This document shows, piece by piece, positions 7,690 to 16,926 of a stretch of 64,000 nt of DNA. Source of the stretch: Rhodospirillaceae bacterium (GTDB taxonomy: Bacteria > Pseudomonadota > Gammaproteobacteria > Steroidobacterales > Rariloculaceae); contig JAHEKF010000002.1 of the NCBI GenBank assembly GCA_024638465.1, positions 18,678 to 82,677 of the forward strand. The letters run 5' to 3'. The translations under genes were made by a program, and so were the position numbers. The stretch's first letter is position 1; every line of letters starts with the position of its first letter. A model generated the notes under the pieces. It was not told where the DNA came from, ran no database searches, and saw nothing but the letters and a program-made list of their open reading frames with translations.

Positions 7690-10221
7690 GTGGAGACATT
7701 GTTTTGGTTCGTCCTCATTGTCGGAACCTGTCTAACGCTCGCGTATCGCCGCGTCGACCTTAAAGTCTCGACCGCAGCCATCGGAGTCGTCGTCGTCCTC
7801 TACACGATTGCCGGCGATAGCGGCTTCTGGACGATCGTTCTGTGGCTGTTGTTCGTACCGCTGGCCATTCTCAATGTCGAGAATTTGCGCCGCGAGTACA
7901 TTACCCGACCGCTGCTCGATATCTTCCGAACGATGTTGCCGTCACTTTCGAAGACAGAGCGAGATGCGCTCGAGACTGGCAGTGTCTGGTGGGAAGGCGA
8001 GTTGTTTTCGGGCATGCCGAACTGGCGCACGTTATCGTCGCTGCCGGCGCCGAAGCTCTCCGACGAAGAACAAGCGTTCCTTGACGGGCCGGTCGAGGAG
8101 CTCTGCGGGATGCTCAAGAACTGGGAGGTCACCCACGAGCGCCTGGATATGTCGGAGGAAGTCTGGGCGTTCATCAAGGAGAAAGGCTTCTTCGCGATGA
8201 TTATCCCGAAGGAGTACGGCGGTCTCGAATTTTCGCCGCTCGCGAACTCGGTAATTCTGACCAAGATCGCGTCGCACAACGGCACGGCCGCGTCGACGAT
8301 CGGCGTACCGAATTCGCTGGGACCGGCAGAACTGCTGCTGCACTACGGGACCGAGGAACAGAAACAACGCTGGCTCCCCGGTCTCGCCAAAGCCGAAGAG
8401 ATTCCATGCTTTGCGCTCACTTCGCCCCGTGCGGGGTCAGACGCAACCGCGATCGTCGACTCGGGCGTGGTCTGCAAAGGCGAGTACGACGGCAAGACTG
8501 TCGTCGGCGTGCGCCTCAACTGGGACAAGCGCTATATCACGCTCTCGCCCATCGCGACCGTACTGGGCCTCGCGTTCAAATTATATGACCCTGATCATCT
8601 GATCGGCGATAAGGAAGAATACGGCATCACGGCCGCGCTGATTCCGACGAATCTGCCGGGCATCACGATCGGCCGGCGCCATCTTCCCATCGGTATTCCG
8701 TTCCAGAACGGGCCGACTCAGGGCAAGGACGTTTTCGTCCCACTCGATGCGATTATCGGTGGTCCGGAAAGGGCCGGACAGGGCTGGCAGATGCTTGTCG
8801 AACAATTATCGGTCGGCCGCGGCATCACGCTACCGAGCAACGCACTCGGCGGCGCCCAGGCTTCCATCTACGCCGCAGGCGCGTACGCTCGTATCCGCCG
8901 CCAGTTCAACCTGCCGATCGGCAAGTTCCACGGGGTAGGCGAAGCTTTGGCTCGCATGGCTGGCTGCACGTACATCATGACGGCCGCCTCTCGCGTGACT
9001 TGCGCTGCGCTCAATGCCGGCGAGAGACCCGCCGTTCCCACCGCGATACTCAAATATCACAACACCGAGTTCGCGCGTGTCGTCGCGAACGACGCGATGG
9101 ACGTGCATGGCGGCAAAGCCATCATGATGGGGCCGAAGAACTTTCTCGCAAGAAAGTACGAGTCGCTGCCAATCAGCATTACGGTCGAAGGCGCGAATAT
9201 CCTGACGCGAAATCTCATCATCTTCGGCCAGGGCGCGGTCCGCTGCCATCCGTTCGTGCTCAAGGAACTGGAAGCTGCTGCGGACGACGACGCAGAGCGC
9301 GGGCTTGCCAACTTCGATGCACTGCTGTTCAGCCACGTGGGCTATGCGATCTCGAACGCCGCCCGCTCATTCATCATGGGATTGACCCTGTCGCGGTTCA
9401 CGAACGTCCCTGCTTTCGGCTGGAAGCGTCGCTACTATCAGCGGGTGAACCGCTACAGCGCTTCGTTCTCGCTGGCGGCGGATGTCGCAATGCTCGTCCT
9501 GGGCGGAGAGCTCAAACGAATGGAGCTGTTGTCGGCGCGGCTCGGCGACATACTGAGCAATCTCTATCTCGTATCGATGGTGCTGAAGCACTACGAAGAC
9601 CAGGGCAGCCCGCACGCGGATCGTCCGATCGTCGAATGGGCCTGCCGGTTCCTGTTCTACCGGACGCAGGAGCAGCTACACGGCTTTCTCAGGAATTTTC
9701 CGAACCGCTGGGTTGCAGCGATATTGCGCGTGCTCGTGTTCCCCCGCGGCCGAACGTTCTCCTCTCCTTCGGATCAACTCGGCCAACAGGTCGTCGAGCT
9801 CATGATCAATCCGACGCAAACGCGCGAGCGTCTCTGCGCAGACGTCTACAAGAAAAACGAGCCCGACAATCCGCTCGGACTTCTGCAGGAGGCGCTGGAA
9901 CTCGCCGAGCAGGTAAAACCACTCGAACGGAAAGTCTTCAACGCCAGGCGCAGCGGGGAAATCTCCGCAGATGACACGATTGGCCAGATTGAGGAGGCGC
10001 GTAAAAAGGGCGTGATCTCGGACGCGGAAGCCGAAGAAATTCTGTCGTTCGACGAGAAAGTCATGGCGATTATCGCCGTTGACGATTTCGATCCGGCGGA
10101 GCTGTCGCGAAGGCATGCCGGAACCAGCAAGAAGACCGTAACGAAACGCGCGACCAGAAAAAAGACCGCGAAGAAGACGACAAAGAAGCGCGCGGCTGCC
10201 AAAAAGAAGCCGGCACAGTAA
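7690..10221 (+). CDS. fadE: Large membrane-associated acyl-CoA dehydrogenase (FadE type) with a Lys-rich C-terminal tail
   Basis: 843 aa, GTG start. N-terminal TM segments, an acyl-CoA dehydrogenase core (TSPRAGSDA, VEGANILTRNLIIFGQGA) and a FadE-type C-terminal domain. Confidence 0.85.
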   Translation: METLFWFVLIVGTCLTLAYRRVDLKVSTAAIGVVVVLYTIAGDSGFWTIVLWLLFVPLAILNVENLRREYITRPLLDIFRTMLPSLSKTERDALETGSVWWEGELFSGMPNWRTLSSLPAPKLSDEEQAFLDGPVEELCGMLKNWEVTHERLDMSEEVWAFIKEKGFFAMIIPKEYGGLEFSPLANSVILTKIASHNGTAASTIGVPNSLGPAELLLHYGTEEQKQRWLPGLAKAEEIPCFALTSPRAGSDATAIVDSGVVCKGEYDGKTVVGVRLNWDKRYITLSPIATVLGLAFKLYDPDHLIGDKEEYGITAALIPTNLPGITIGRRHLPIGIPFQNGPTQGKDVFVPLDAIIGGPERAGQGWQMLVEQLSVGRGITLPSNALGGAQASIYAAGAYARIRRQFNLPIGKFHGVGEALARMAGCTYIMTAASRVTCAALNAGERPAVPTAILKYHNTEFARVVANDAMDVHGGKAIMMGPKNFLARKYESLPISITVEGANILTRNLIIFGQGAVRCHPFVLKELEAAADDDAERGLANFDALLFSHVGYAISNAARSFIMGLTLSRFTNVPAFGWKRRYYQRVNRYSASFSLAADVAMLVLGGELKRMELLSARLGDILSNLYLVSMVLKHYEDQGSPHADRPIVEWACRFLFYRTQEQLHGFLRNFPNRWVAAILRVLVFPRGRTFSSPSDQLGQQVVELMINPTQTRERLCADVYKKNEPDNPLGLLQEALELAEQVKPLERKVFNARRSGEISADDTIGQIEEARKKGVISDAEAEEILSFDEKVMAIIAVDDFDPAELSRRHAGTSKKTVTKRATRKKTAKKTTKKRAAAKKKPAQ

Positions 10222-10307
10222 GCGCCAGGATCCCCGATCGAATCCGTCAATCGGATGGCTGTGCTAAAGTCTCGCCCAGCGTTCAGCCCTCAGCAGGGGA
10301 GATACCT

Positions 10308-10799
10308 ATGCGAATTCGATTGCTTCTCACGTTGTCCTCAGGCCTGGTCCTTGCGGGCTGCGGAGAACAAGCCAGTGAACCTGCAGCGCCGGCCGCTGCA
10401 CCCGCCGCGGCGCCGCCGGCCGCCGCAGCACCGACGATAGAACGCAAGCCATCGCCCGAAGGCGCGTTCGTCTACATCGTCTCACCGGCCGACGGTGCCG
10501 AGGTGCAGAGCCCGGTAACGATTGCGTTCGGCCTGAAGGGCGCAGGCATCGCACCGGCCGGCATAGACCTGCCGAATACCGGGCATCACCATTTGCTCGT
10601 CGACACCGAACTCGCCACCATGGGTCTGCCGATTCCCGCCGACGCGCAGAATATCCACTTCGGCCTTGGTCAAACTCAGGCGACCATCGAACTCGAGCCG
10701 GGCGAGCACACGCTGCAACTCGTTCTGGGCGACGTGATTCATGTCCCCCACGATCCACCGCTGATGTCGGAGCGAATCACGATCACCGTCGTTGAATGA
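10308..10799 (+). CDS. DUF4399-like lipoprotein
   Basis: Lipobox LVLAGC. GHHHLLVD and GEHTLQLVLGD motifs, recalled as the DUF4399 family. Confidence 0.6.
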   Translation: MRIRLLLTLSSGLVLAGCGEQASEPAAPAAAPAAAPPAAAAPTIERKPSPEGAFVYIVSPADGAEVQSPVTIAFGLKGAGIAPAGIDLPNTGHHHLLVDTELATMGLPIPADAQNIHFGLGQTQATIELEPGEHTLQLVLGDVIHVPHDPPLMSERITITVVE

Positions 10800-10861
10800 C
10801 ATTGATGCCGGGCCGAGAATAGCGATCTGACGGCCCGGTCGGACGCTCCCAGGAGTCTGGT

Positions 10862-12466
10862 GTGTACACCCAGTTTTTCGGGTTAACGGAAAAACCCTTC
10901 TCGATCACACCCGATCCGCGCTACCTGTACATGAGTCGGCGCCACGCCGACGCGCTGGCGCACCTGATCTACGGCATTTCTCAGAGCGGTGGTTTCATCC
11001 AGCTCACGGGCGAGGTCGGTACCGGCAAGACGACGCTTGTTCGGAGCTTGTTCGAGCAGCTCCCGGATGAAGCCGACGTTGCGCTGATACTCAACCCCGA
11101 ACTGACGACCAACGAATTTTTGCGGGCTATCGCCGAGGAACTCGACGTCGAGATTCCCGAGGACGGCTCGATCAAGTCGATCGTTGACAGCCTGAGCTCA
11201 TACCTCCTCGACGCGCATGCGCGCGGGCGACGAACGGTCCTGATCGTTGACGAAGCGCAAAATCTCGCGACCGATGTCCTCGAGCAGGTCCGACTGCTAA
11301 CCAATCTCGAAACGCCGAAACAGAAACTGCTGCAGATCATCCTTATCGGACAGCCTGAATTACGCGAAGTACTCGATCGCGAAGACATGCGTCAGCTCGC
11401 GCAACGCATTACCGGGCGTTACCACCTGGAGCCTCTGAGACCGGACGAGACCGAGAAATATCTCGAGCACAGGATGAAAGTCGCTGGCGCACCGGGAGCA
11501 ATTTTCGGCAAATCCGCCGTGCGCGAGATATACCGCTGGTCGAACGGCATTCCGCGAATCATCAACGTCATCGCGGACCGTTCCCTGCTGGCAGCCTATA
11601 CGCAGGACACGCGCAACGTCGACAAGAAACTCGTGAAGCGAGCCGCGGCCGAAGTCTACGGTAAACGGCTCGTTCCACGCGTAGAGCGCCGCCTGGTAGC
11701 GGGTCTCGCCATCGCGGGCTTCCTGCTGTTGATACTCGGTACCTGGCGAAGTCTGAACTCCGGCGAATCCTGGTTGCAGAACCGCTTCGGCAGCGTTCCC
11801 GGATTAACGCTTTCGCAGCCTTTCGACGGCGGCTCCGGCAGCGTATCACTGTCCGCGTTGCTGGCAGACCCCACATTGCCTCGCGGTACCGATGCCGCGT
11901 TCGAGACATTGTTTGGCGAATGGGGCGTGCACTACGAACGCGGACCCGATACCGCGTGTCAGCAAGCAGAGCGCCACATGTTGCGATGCTGGTTCCAGAA
12001 AGGCTCGCTCAATCAACTCAAACGCCTCGATCGTCCCGCTATCCTCGGATTGATCGACGAGAACGGCGACCAGTTTCAGGCGGTTCTGACCGGCCTCTCG
12101 TCTGACACGGCCGAGTTCTCCGTCGGTGGACGGAAGTTCCGGACGCCGCTCGACGAACTGGGCGAGTACTGGTACGGCGATCATCTGCTGCTTTGGCGCC
12201 CGGGCGGCGGCAGCTATCGCACACTGACCCCGGGCGTAGAGGATGAGCGGGTCATCTGGTTGCGCGAAAGCCTGGCGTGGATTCAGCAGACACCTGCCAG
12301 GAACCCCGGCTCCATGTATTACGATGCCGAGCTCGAGGAAAGCGTGCGCGATTACCAGCGCGACCGCCGCCTGACCGTTGACGGAATCGTTGGTACGCAG
12401 ACTCAGATCGTTATCAATAGCGATCTCGGCGCTCCCGGCACGCCCCGGCTTGTGGGAGCGCGATAA
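10862..12466 (+). CDS. exeA: ExeA/GspA-like AAA ATPase with a C-terminal peptidoglycan-binding domain
   Basis: GTG start. FFGLTEKPFSITPDPRYLY followed by Walker A GEVGTGKTT. One TM segment. C-terminal VRDYQRDRRLTVDGIVGTQT is PG_binding_1-like. Confidence 0.8.
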   Translation: MYTQFFGLTEKPFSITPDPRYLYMSRRHADALAHLIYGISQSGGFIQLTGEVGTGKTTLVRSLFEQLPDEADVALILNPELTTNEFLRAIAEELDVEIPEDGSIKSIVDSLSSYLLDAHARGRRTVLIVDEAQNLATDVLEQVRLLTNLETPKQKLLQIILIGQPELREVLDREDMRQLAQRITGRYHLEPLRPDETEKYLEHRMKVAGAPGAIFGKSAVREIYRWSNGIPRIINVIADRSLLAAYTQDTRNVDKKLVKRAAAEVYGKRLVPRVERRLVAGLAIAGFLLLILGTWRSLNSGESWLQNRFGSVPGLTLSQPFDGGSGSVSLSALLADPTLPRGTDAAFETLFGEWGVHYERGPDTACQQAERHMLRCWFQKGSLNQLKRLDRPAILGLIDENGDQFQAVLTGLSSDTAEFSVGGRKFRTPLDELGEYWYGDHLLLWRPGGGSYRTLTPGVEDERVIWLRESLAWIQQTPARNPGSMYYDAELEESVRDYQRDRRLTVDGIVGTQTQIVINSDLGAPGTPRLVGAR

Positions 12467-12467
12467 C

Positions 12468-13100
12468 ATGTCGTTCATTCTGGACGCGCTGCGAAAATCC
12501 GAGAATGAGCGCCAGAAAGCGGCTGTTCCCGGAATCAGCGACGTGCCCGCGATCGTCGAGAGCAACCGAATACCCAGATGGGTACTCGGTGTCATCGCCA
12601 CGCTGTCCGCCGTCGTGCTTGTCCTTGGCTGGGCCTGGTGGCAAAGCGCGTCGGACGAGAATCCCCCGTCAGCTAACTCGCGACCCGCCGGCGTCATACC
12701 GCGGGCCGCTACCGCGCCCCCCGTTGCGGACGATGTAAGAAGTCTCGCGCGCGAGTCGGCTTCCGCAGAACCTGCGCCCGTCGTCGCACCGGCGGCGCCA
12801 CCCGCTCCCGTGGCGCCGGCCCCCGCAGTTTCGCAATCGCCGCAGGCTCCTGTCGATGCGTCGCGCATCGCGGCCGCACCGAACATGATGGAATTGATCG
12901 CGACCGGGGTCTCGCTGCCTGTCCTCGCGCTGGAGCTTCACGTCTACAGTACGACACCGGCACAGCGACTCGTCCGGATCAATGGGGCCAGCTACCGTGA
13001 GGGCGATTCCCTGGGCGATGGGCCGGACGTCGTATCGATTACACCGGAAGGAGTGGTCCTGAATCAGCGCGGCCAGTATTTTCTGCTTACGGCGGAATAG
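12468..13100 (+). CDS. GspB/ExeB-like protein
   Basis: ATG lies 1 nt after the exeA stop. N-terminus MSFILDALRKSENERQ is typical of GspB. One TM segment and a Pro/Ala-rich linker. Confidence 0.6.
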   Translation: MSFILDALRKSENERQKAAVPGISDVPAIVESNRIPRWVLGVIATLSAVVLVLGWAWWQSASDENPPSANSRPAGVIPRAATAPPVADDVRSLARESASAEPAPVVAPAAPPAPVAPAPAVSQSPQAPVDASRIAAAPNMMELIATGVSLPVLALELHVYSTTPAQRLVRINGASYREGDSLGDGPDVVSITPEGVVLNQRGQYFLLTAE

Positions 13101-13112
13101 GCCATACAGCAT

Positions 13113-13793
13113 CTAGCCCGCCGGTCTCTCCGACGCTTCTTCGATGAGTTCCACGCCTTCGTTTCGCGGGTTGTTGACCGTACGCTTGACCTGACGAATA
13201 TCAAGCGTGCCGTCGGGAGCAGGCTGCAACACCGAGAGGCGATCTTCCCTGGAAGCGCTCTCGGCGAGCCACAGCGTCTGCGCGTCGTCGCCGAGAATCA
13301 CGGGCATGCGCTGGTGCACGCCCGCGAGCGATTCGTTGGCGGACGTTGTAATGATCACGCAGGAATCGATCACTTCATCTTCTGCGCTACGCCATCGCTC
13401 CCATAGTCCGGCGAACGCCAGACACTCGCCCCCCGGCGGGCTCATGAAGAACGGGTACTTCCCGGCAGGCGTTTCGCCCCACTCATAGAAGCCGCTCGCG
13501 AGAATCAGGCAACGGCGCTTCGAGAAGGACTGCCGAAACGCGGGTTTTTCGGCAACGGTCTCTGCTCGCGCATTGATGAGCCGGTTGCCGATCGAAACGT
13601 CCTTCGCCCAATGAGGTATCAGTCCCCAGCGCAGAAGATCTAGCTGCCTGAGCCCCTCCTTGTCGGCACGGATCGCGGCAACTGGCTGCGTCGGCGCGAT
13701 GTTATAGCGGGCCTCGACAGGCGAAGCTTTATCGATACCGAACTGGTCGACGATGTCGGCCAGCGGCGTGAACATGGCAAAGCGGCCGCACAT
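13113..13793 (-). CDS. yedK: SOS response-associated peptidase (SRAP/YedK family, abasic-site processing)
   Basis: N-terminal MCGRFA with catalytic Cys2. YNIAPTQ and WGLIPHWAK motifs. Confidence 0.85.
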   Translation of the reverse strand: MCGRFAMFTPLADIVDQFGIDKASPVEARYNIAPTQPVAAIRADKEGLRQLDLLRWGLIPHWAKDVSIGNRLINARAETVAEKPAFRQSFSKRRCLILASGFYEWGETPAGKYPFFMSPPGGECLAFAGLWERWRSAEDEVIDSCVIITTSANESLAGVHQRMPVILGDDAQTLWLAESASREDRLSVLQPAPDGTLDIRQVKRTVNNPRNEGVELIEEASERPAG

Positions 13794-14615
13794 TCAGGTC
13801 CGGATTCCGGTGCCCCGATTAAGGAGATACAGCACGATCGAATAGAGGCTGACGAGTGCGATACCGATGATCGAGTATGCCGTACCGATCGCGATATCCG
13901 ACGACCCGAGCATTCCATAACGAAATGCGTTGACCATGTAGAGAATCGGGTTGAGCTTCGCAACCGCCTGCCAGGCCGGCGACAGCAACGAAATCGAGAA
14001 GAACACGCCACCCAGATAAGTCAACGGCGTGAGCACGAACGTCGGGATGATCGAGATCTCATCGAAATTCTTGGCGAAGATCGCGTTCAGCAGACCCGCA
14101 AGCGCGAACACCATCGACGTCAGTATCACCGTCGAGATAGTAATGAGCGGGTGAGCGACCGTTAAATCGGTGAACATCAATGCGACGACCGTAACCAGTG
14201 TCGCAACCGCGAGACCACGTACGACACCGCCAATGACATAGCCGGTGACGATCGTCGGAAATATCATAGGCGAGACCAGCATCTCCTCGAGATGCCGGTG
14301 CAGCTTGCCGGCGAAGAAGGACGACACCGTATTACCGAACGAGTTCGTTATCACGGCCATCATGATGAGTCCGGGCGCTATGAAGGTCATATACGGCACA
14401 CCGTCCATATCGCCGATGCGGCGGCCGATAAGGCTGCCGAAGATGACGAAGTAGAGCGTCATCGTAATCGCCGGCGGCACGATCGTCTGAACCCAGATTC
14501 GCAAGACGCGCCGTACCTCTCGCTGCACGATTGTCGCGAGCCCGACGAGGTTGATCTGAACGAGATTCGGTCCGCCATCGGCCGCAGCCGGATTAAGTGG
14601 TTCGTTAGCCGCCAT
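13794..14615 (-). CDS. ABC-2 type transporter permease (YadH-like)
   Basis: Internal ATG at 14615 of ORF 13794..14735, overlapping the ATPase stop by 11 nt. Six hydrophobic segments. Its stop abuts the yedK start. Confidence 0.8.
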   Translation of the reverse strand: MAANEPLNPAAADGGPNLVQINLVGLATIVQREVRRVLRIWVQTIVPPAITMTLYFVIFGSLIGRRIGDMDGVPYMTFIAPGLIMMAVITNSFGNTVSSFFAGKLHRHLEEMLVSPMIFPTIVTGYVIGGVVRGLAVATLVTVVALMFTDLTVAHPLITISTVILTSMVFALAGLLNAIFAKNFDEISIIPTFVLTPLTYLGGVFFSISLLSPAWQAVAKLNPILYMVNAFRYGMLGSSDIAIGTAYSIIGIALVSLYSIVLYLLNRGTGIRT

Positions 14616-15543
14616 CTGTCGGTACCTGATTTTTCTGTGCGACGAGATCCATGAAGAGCTCTTCGAGGCGATTGGCCTTCGTGCGCATACTCGAGATATG
14701 CACGCCGCTCGAGGACAATGTCTCGAAGAGTGCATTGAGGTCCCGGTCGTTCGTTACTTCGACCTCGATCTCGTACTCGTTACGTAGTTTGACCGCGTAG
14801 CCGTTGAGCGCCGGCGCCGCGGTGACCGGCTCCGTCAATGTCAGCACGAAAATTTCGCGCTGAAGTTTGCTCACGACGTTTACCATCTTGTCGTTTTCGA
14901 TGATTCGCCCTTCATCGATGATTGCTATGTTGCGACACAGACTCTCCGCTTCCTCGAGATAATGTGTCGTCAGAATGATCGTCATGCCCGAGTCGTTAAT
15001 GTCGCGCATCAGATCCCACATCGAGCGGCGGATCTCGATGTCCACACCGGCCGTTGGCTCGTCCAGCATGAGCAGGCGCGGCTCGTGCACGAGCGCCCGT
15101 GCAATCATGAGGCGCCGCTTCATCCCACCGGACAGCGTCCGCGCGATATCGTCGCGGCGATCCCAGAGGTGCAATGCACGCAGATATTTCTCGGCGCGAC
15201 CTTTCGCGATCTTGCGCGGCACGCCGTAGTAGCCGGCCTGATTCATCAGGATGGTTTCGCAGGTCTCGAAGAGGTTGACGTTGATCTCCTGCGGAACGAC
15301 GCCGATATATGCTTTGGCCGCATCCGGCTCACGGTCGATATCGCGTCCGAACACGAAGACGCTGCCGCTGGTCTTGTTAACGAGCGATGTGATGATTCCG
15401 ATTGCGGTCGTCTTTCCCGCGCCATTCGGGCCGAGCAGCGCAAAGAAGTCGCCGTCGGCTACGGCCAGGTCGATACCCTTGAGCGCCTCGAGACCGTTCC
15501 CGTAGGTCTTGCGAAGATCCTTGATTTCGAGAGCGTTCAGCAG
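14605..15543 (-). CDS. ABC transporter ATP-binding protein (YadG-like); start codon non-canonical or uncertain
   Basis: LSGGMKRRL signature and LLMLDEPTAGVD Walker B lie in the tracked ORF. Walker A GPNGAGKTT lies in-frame upstream of the tracked GTG at 15354. See the finding on the start codon. Confidence 0.8.
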   Translation of the reverse strand: MLNALEIKDLRKTYGNGLEALKGIDLAVADGDFFALLGPNGAGKTTAIGIITSLVNKTSGSVFVFGRDIDREPDAAKAYIGVVPQEINVNLFETCETILMNQAGYYGVPRKIAKGRAEKYLRALHLWDRRDDIARTLSGGMKRRLMIARALVHEPRLLMLDEPTAGVDIEIRRSMWDLMRDINDSGMTIILTTHYLEEAESLCRNIAIIDEGRIIENDKMVNVVSKLQREIFVLTLTEPVTAAPALNGYAVKLRNEYEIEVEVTNDRDLNALFETLSSSGVHISSMRTKANRLEELFMDLVAQKNQVPTDGG

Positions 15544-15638
15544 TCCGGTCCTCGGAGCAGAAGAAAAACGGGGCGTCTATTCTACTCAAAACGAACCGTG
15601 CCATTCGGCGGCATCGACGACCGGGCAGTCGCGATGAA

Positions 15639-16253
15639 TCAGGCGTTTGGTGACCGCAGGGCGAGGATACGATTCTGCCTGTGGAAATCCACATCGGGAT
15701 GCAGCGCTACGAGCCGCAATGCGCGCGTCAGCTCGAAATCGTCCTCGAGAATGAGCGACTGCCAAATCGACTCGGATCCCGAGAAATCGCAGTGAATCAC
15801 TGACGACGAGGTGGCGATGAGCGGCAACTCGGACAGTGCCGTCGTCCGCAGCCTCCGCAAGGTTCGCGCAGACAATCGCAGGAACAGGCGTGCCTGAAAG
15901 TCCCTTCTGCGACTCATATTCCATGCGCTGTGCAATATCGTCAGCGCCAGCGAACGGCGCGAGCTCTCGAGCGGGTCCGGAATGGCCTGTTCACCGGTTA
16001 TCGCAACCTCGTCCAGCGCGATGACGAACAGGGCGCGCGGAAACTCCGCGATAGACTCGAGTTTCGACATCGGGAAATCGCGCAGTTTTCTCGCCAGCGC
16101 GGGCGTCAGACCGAAGCCGCTGACACCTTCTCGCGCAGCGGATCTCAAGTGAATCAGTAACAGCAGATTGAGCTCCTGCAGCTCTTCGATTTCGTCTGAG
16201 TCGGGTGGCGCGTAATGCACGGTTTCGAGCCTGTTTTCGTTCGGAATTACCAT
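15639..16253 (-). CDS. Hypothetical regulator with a weak FlhD-like N-terminal half
   Basis: 204 aa. Residues about 28-82 (LNLLLLIHLRS...FGLTPALARKL...KLESIAEF...ALD) align by eye without large gaps to E. coli FlhD (INLSYLLLAQR...LGINEEMATTL...VKLAETN...FRFD), at roughly 20-25% identity. Divergent from an FlhC-like gene. Confidence 0.4.
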   Translation of the reverse strand: MVIPNENRLETVHYAPPDSDEIEELQELNLLLLIHLRSAAREGVSGFGLTPALARKLRDFPMSKLESIAEFPRALFVIALDEVAITGEQAIPDPLESSRRSLALTILHSAWNMSRRRDFQARLFLRLSARTLRRLRTTALSELPLIATSSSVIHCDFSGSESIWQSLILEDDFELTRALRLVALHPDVDFHRQNRILALRSPNA

Positions 16254-16281
16254 ATATGGTCCTAAAGTACCATATATGGTA
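16248..16281. promoter_or_regulatory. Twin palindromic operator: two copies of TACCATATATGGT, 20 bp apart
   Basis: ACCATATATGGT occurs at 16249-16260 and 16269-16280. The second copy extends to the perfect 14-bp palindrome TACCATATATGGTA. The first copy contains the ATG of the minus-strand gene. Confidence 0.55.
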
Positions 16282-16341
16282 ATAGTAGGCTAAGTCGACG
16301 AATCTGGACGATTCACCTTAAAAGCCCCAAAAGAGGTCCCT

Positions 16342-16923
16342 ATGAGAGCGACTGACAACCGTTATCGCGGCGAAAAAGCCCGTTTCGAACTCGCGATGAG
16401 AATGATTCAACACGAGGCTCGAACCGGAACAATTCGATATTTCACCGGCCTGAGCGACGATCGTATTCGCAAGCTCTACACGAGCTATTTCAAATTCAAC
16501 GATGCGGCGACCGTTAAGCGACGGCGTGGCAAGTCTCCTACGCAGATCGCACCGCTCGTTCAGACCCCGGAACGAGCGCTCGAGTCCGGTGTTTTCGTGA
16601 GCCTGCTCAGGGCGAACGGCCTCGTTGCTGACGACGACACGGAAGGCCCCGCGCTGCAGGGAAACATCGATCTCGGACATCGTTTCTGCCAGTGCTTCGA
16701 AACGCACCTGTTGGTCGTTCCCGACCCCGTTCTCTCGTTTGAGTGGGGCTGGAATCTCCTGCTCGGCATTCGCCGGGGCGATGAGCTTGGCGTGACACGG
16801 TGTCCCGAATGCGCGACGAGCTACGTCTATGATCTGCTCGCGCTGCCGCGAAGCGCCTGCCCGGCGTGCATCTCGATAAAACACGACCACTACGGTCCAC
16901 GCGTCGCTTCGTCTATGATTTGA
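16342..16923 (+). CDS. FlhC-like transcriptional regulator (zinc-ribbon type)
   Basis: AAGAGG RBS. ARFELAMRMIQHEARTGTIRYFTGLSDDRIRKLY aligns with E. coli FlhC [35 protein letters not shown]. C-terminal CPEC...CPAC sits where the FlhC four-Cys Zn site lies. Confidence 0.6.
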   Translation: MRATDNRYRGEKARFELAMRMIQHEARTGTIRYFTGLSDDRIRKLYTSYFKFNDAATVKRRRGKSPTQIAPLVQTPERALESGVFVSLLRANGLVADDDTEGPALQGNIDLGHRFCQCFETHLLVVPDPVLSFEWGWNLLLGIRRGDELGVTRCPECATSYVYDLLALPRSACPACISIKHDHYGPRVASSMI

Positions 16924-16926
16924 CCT

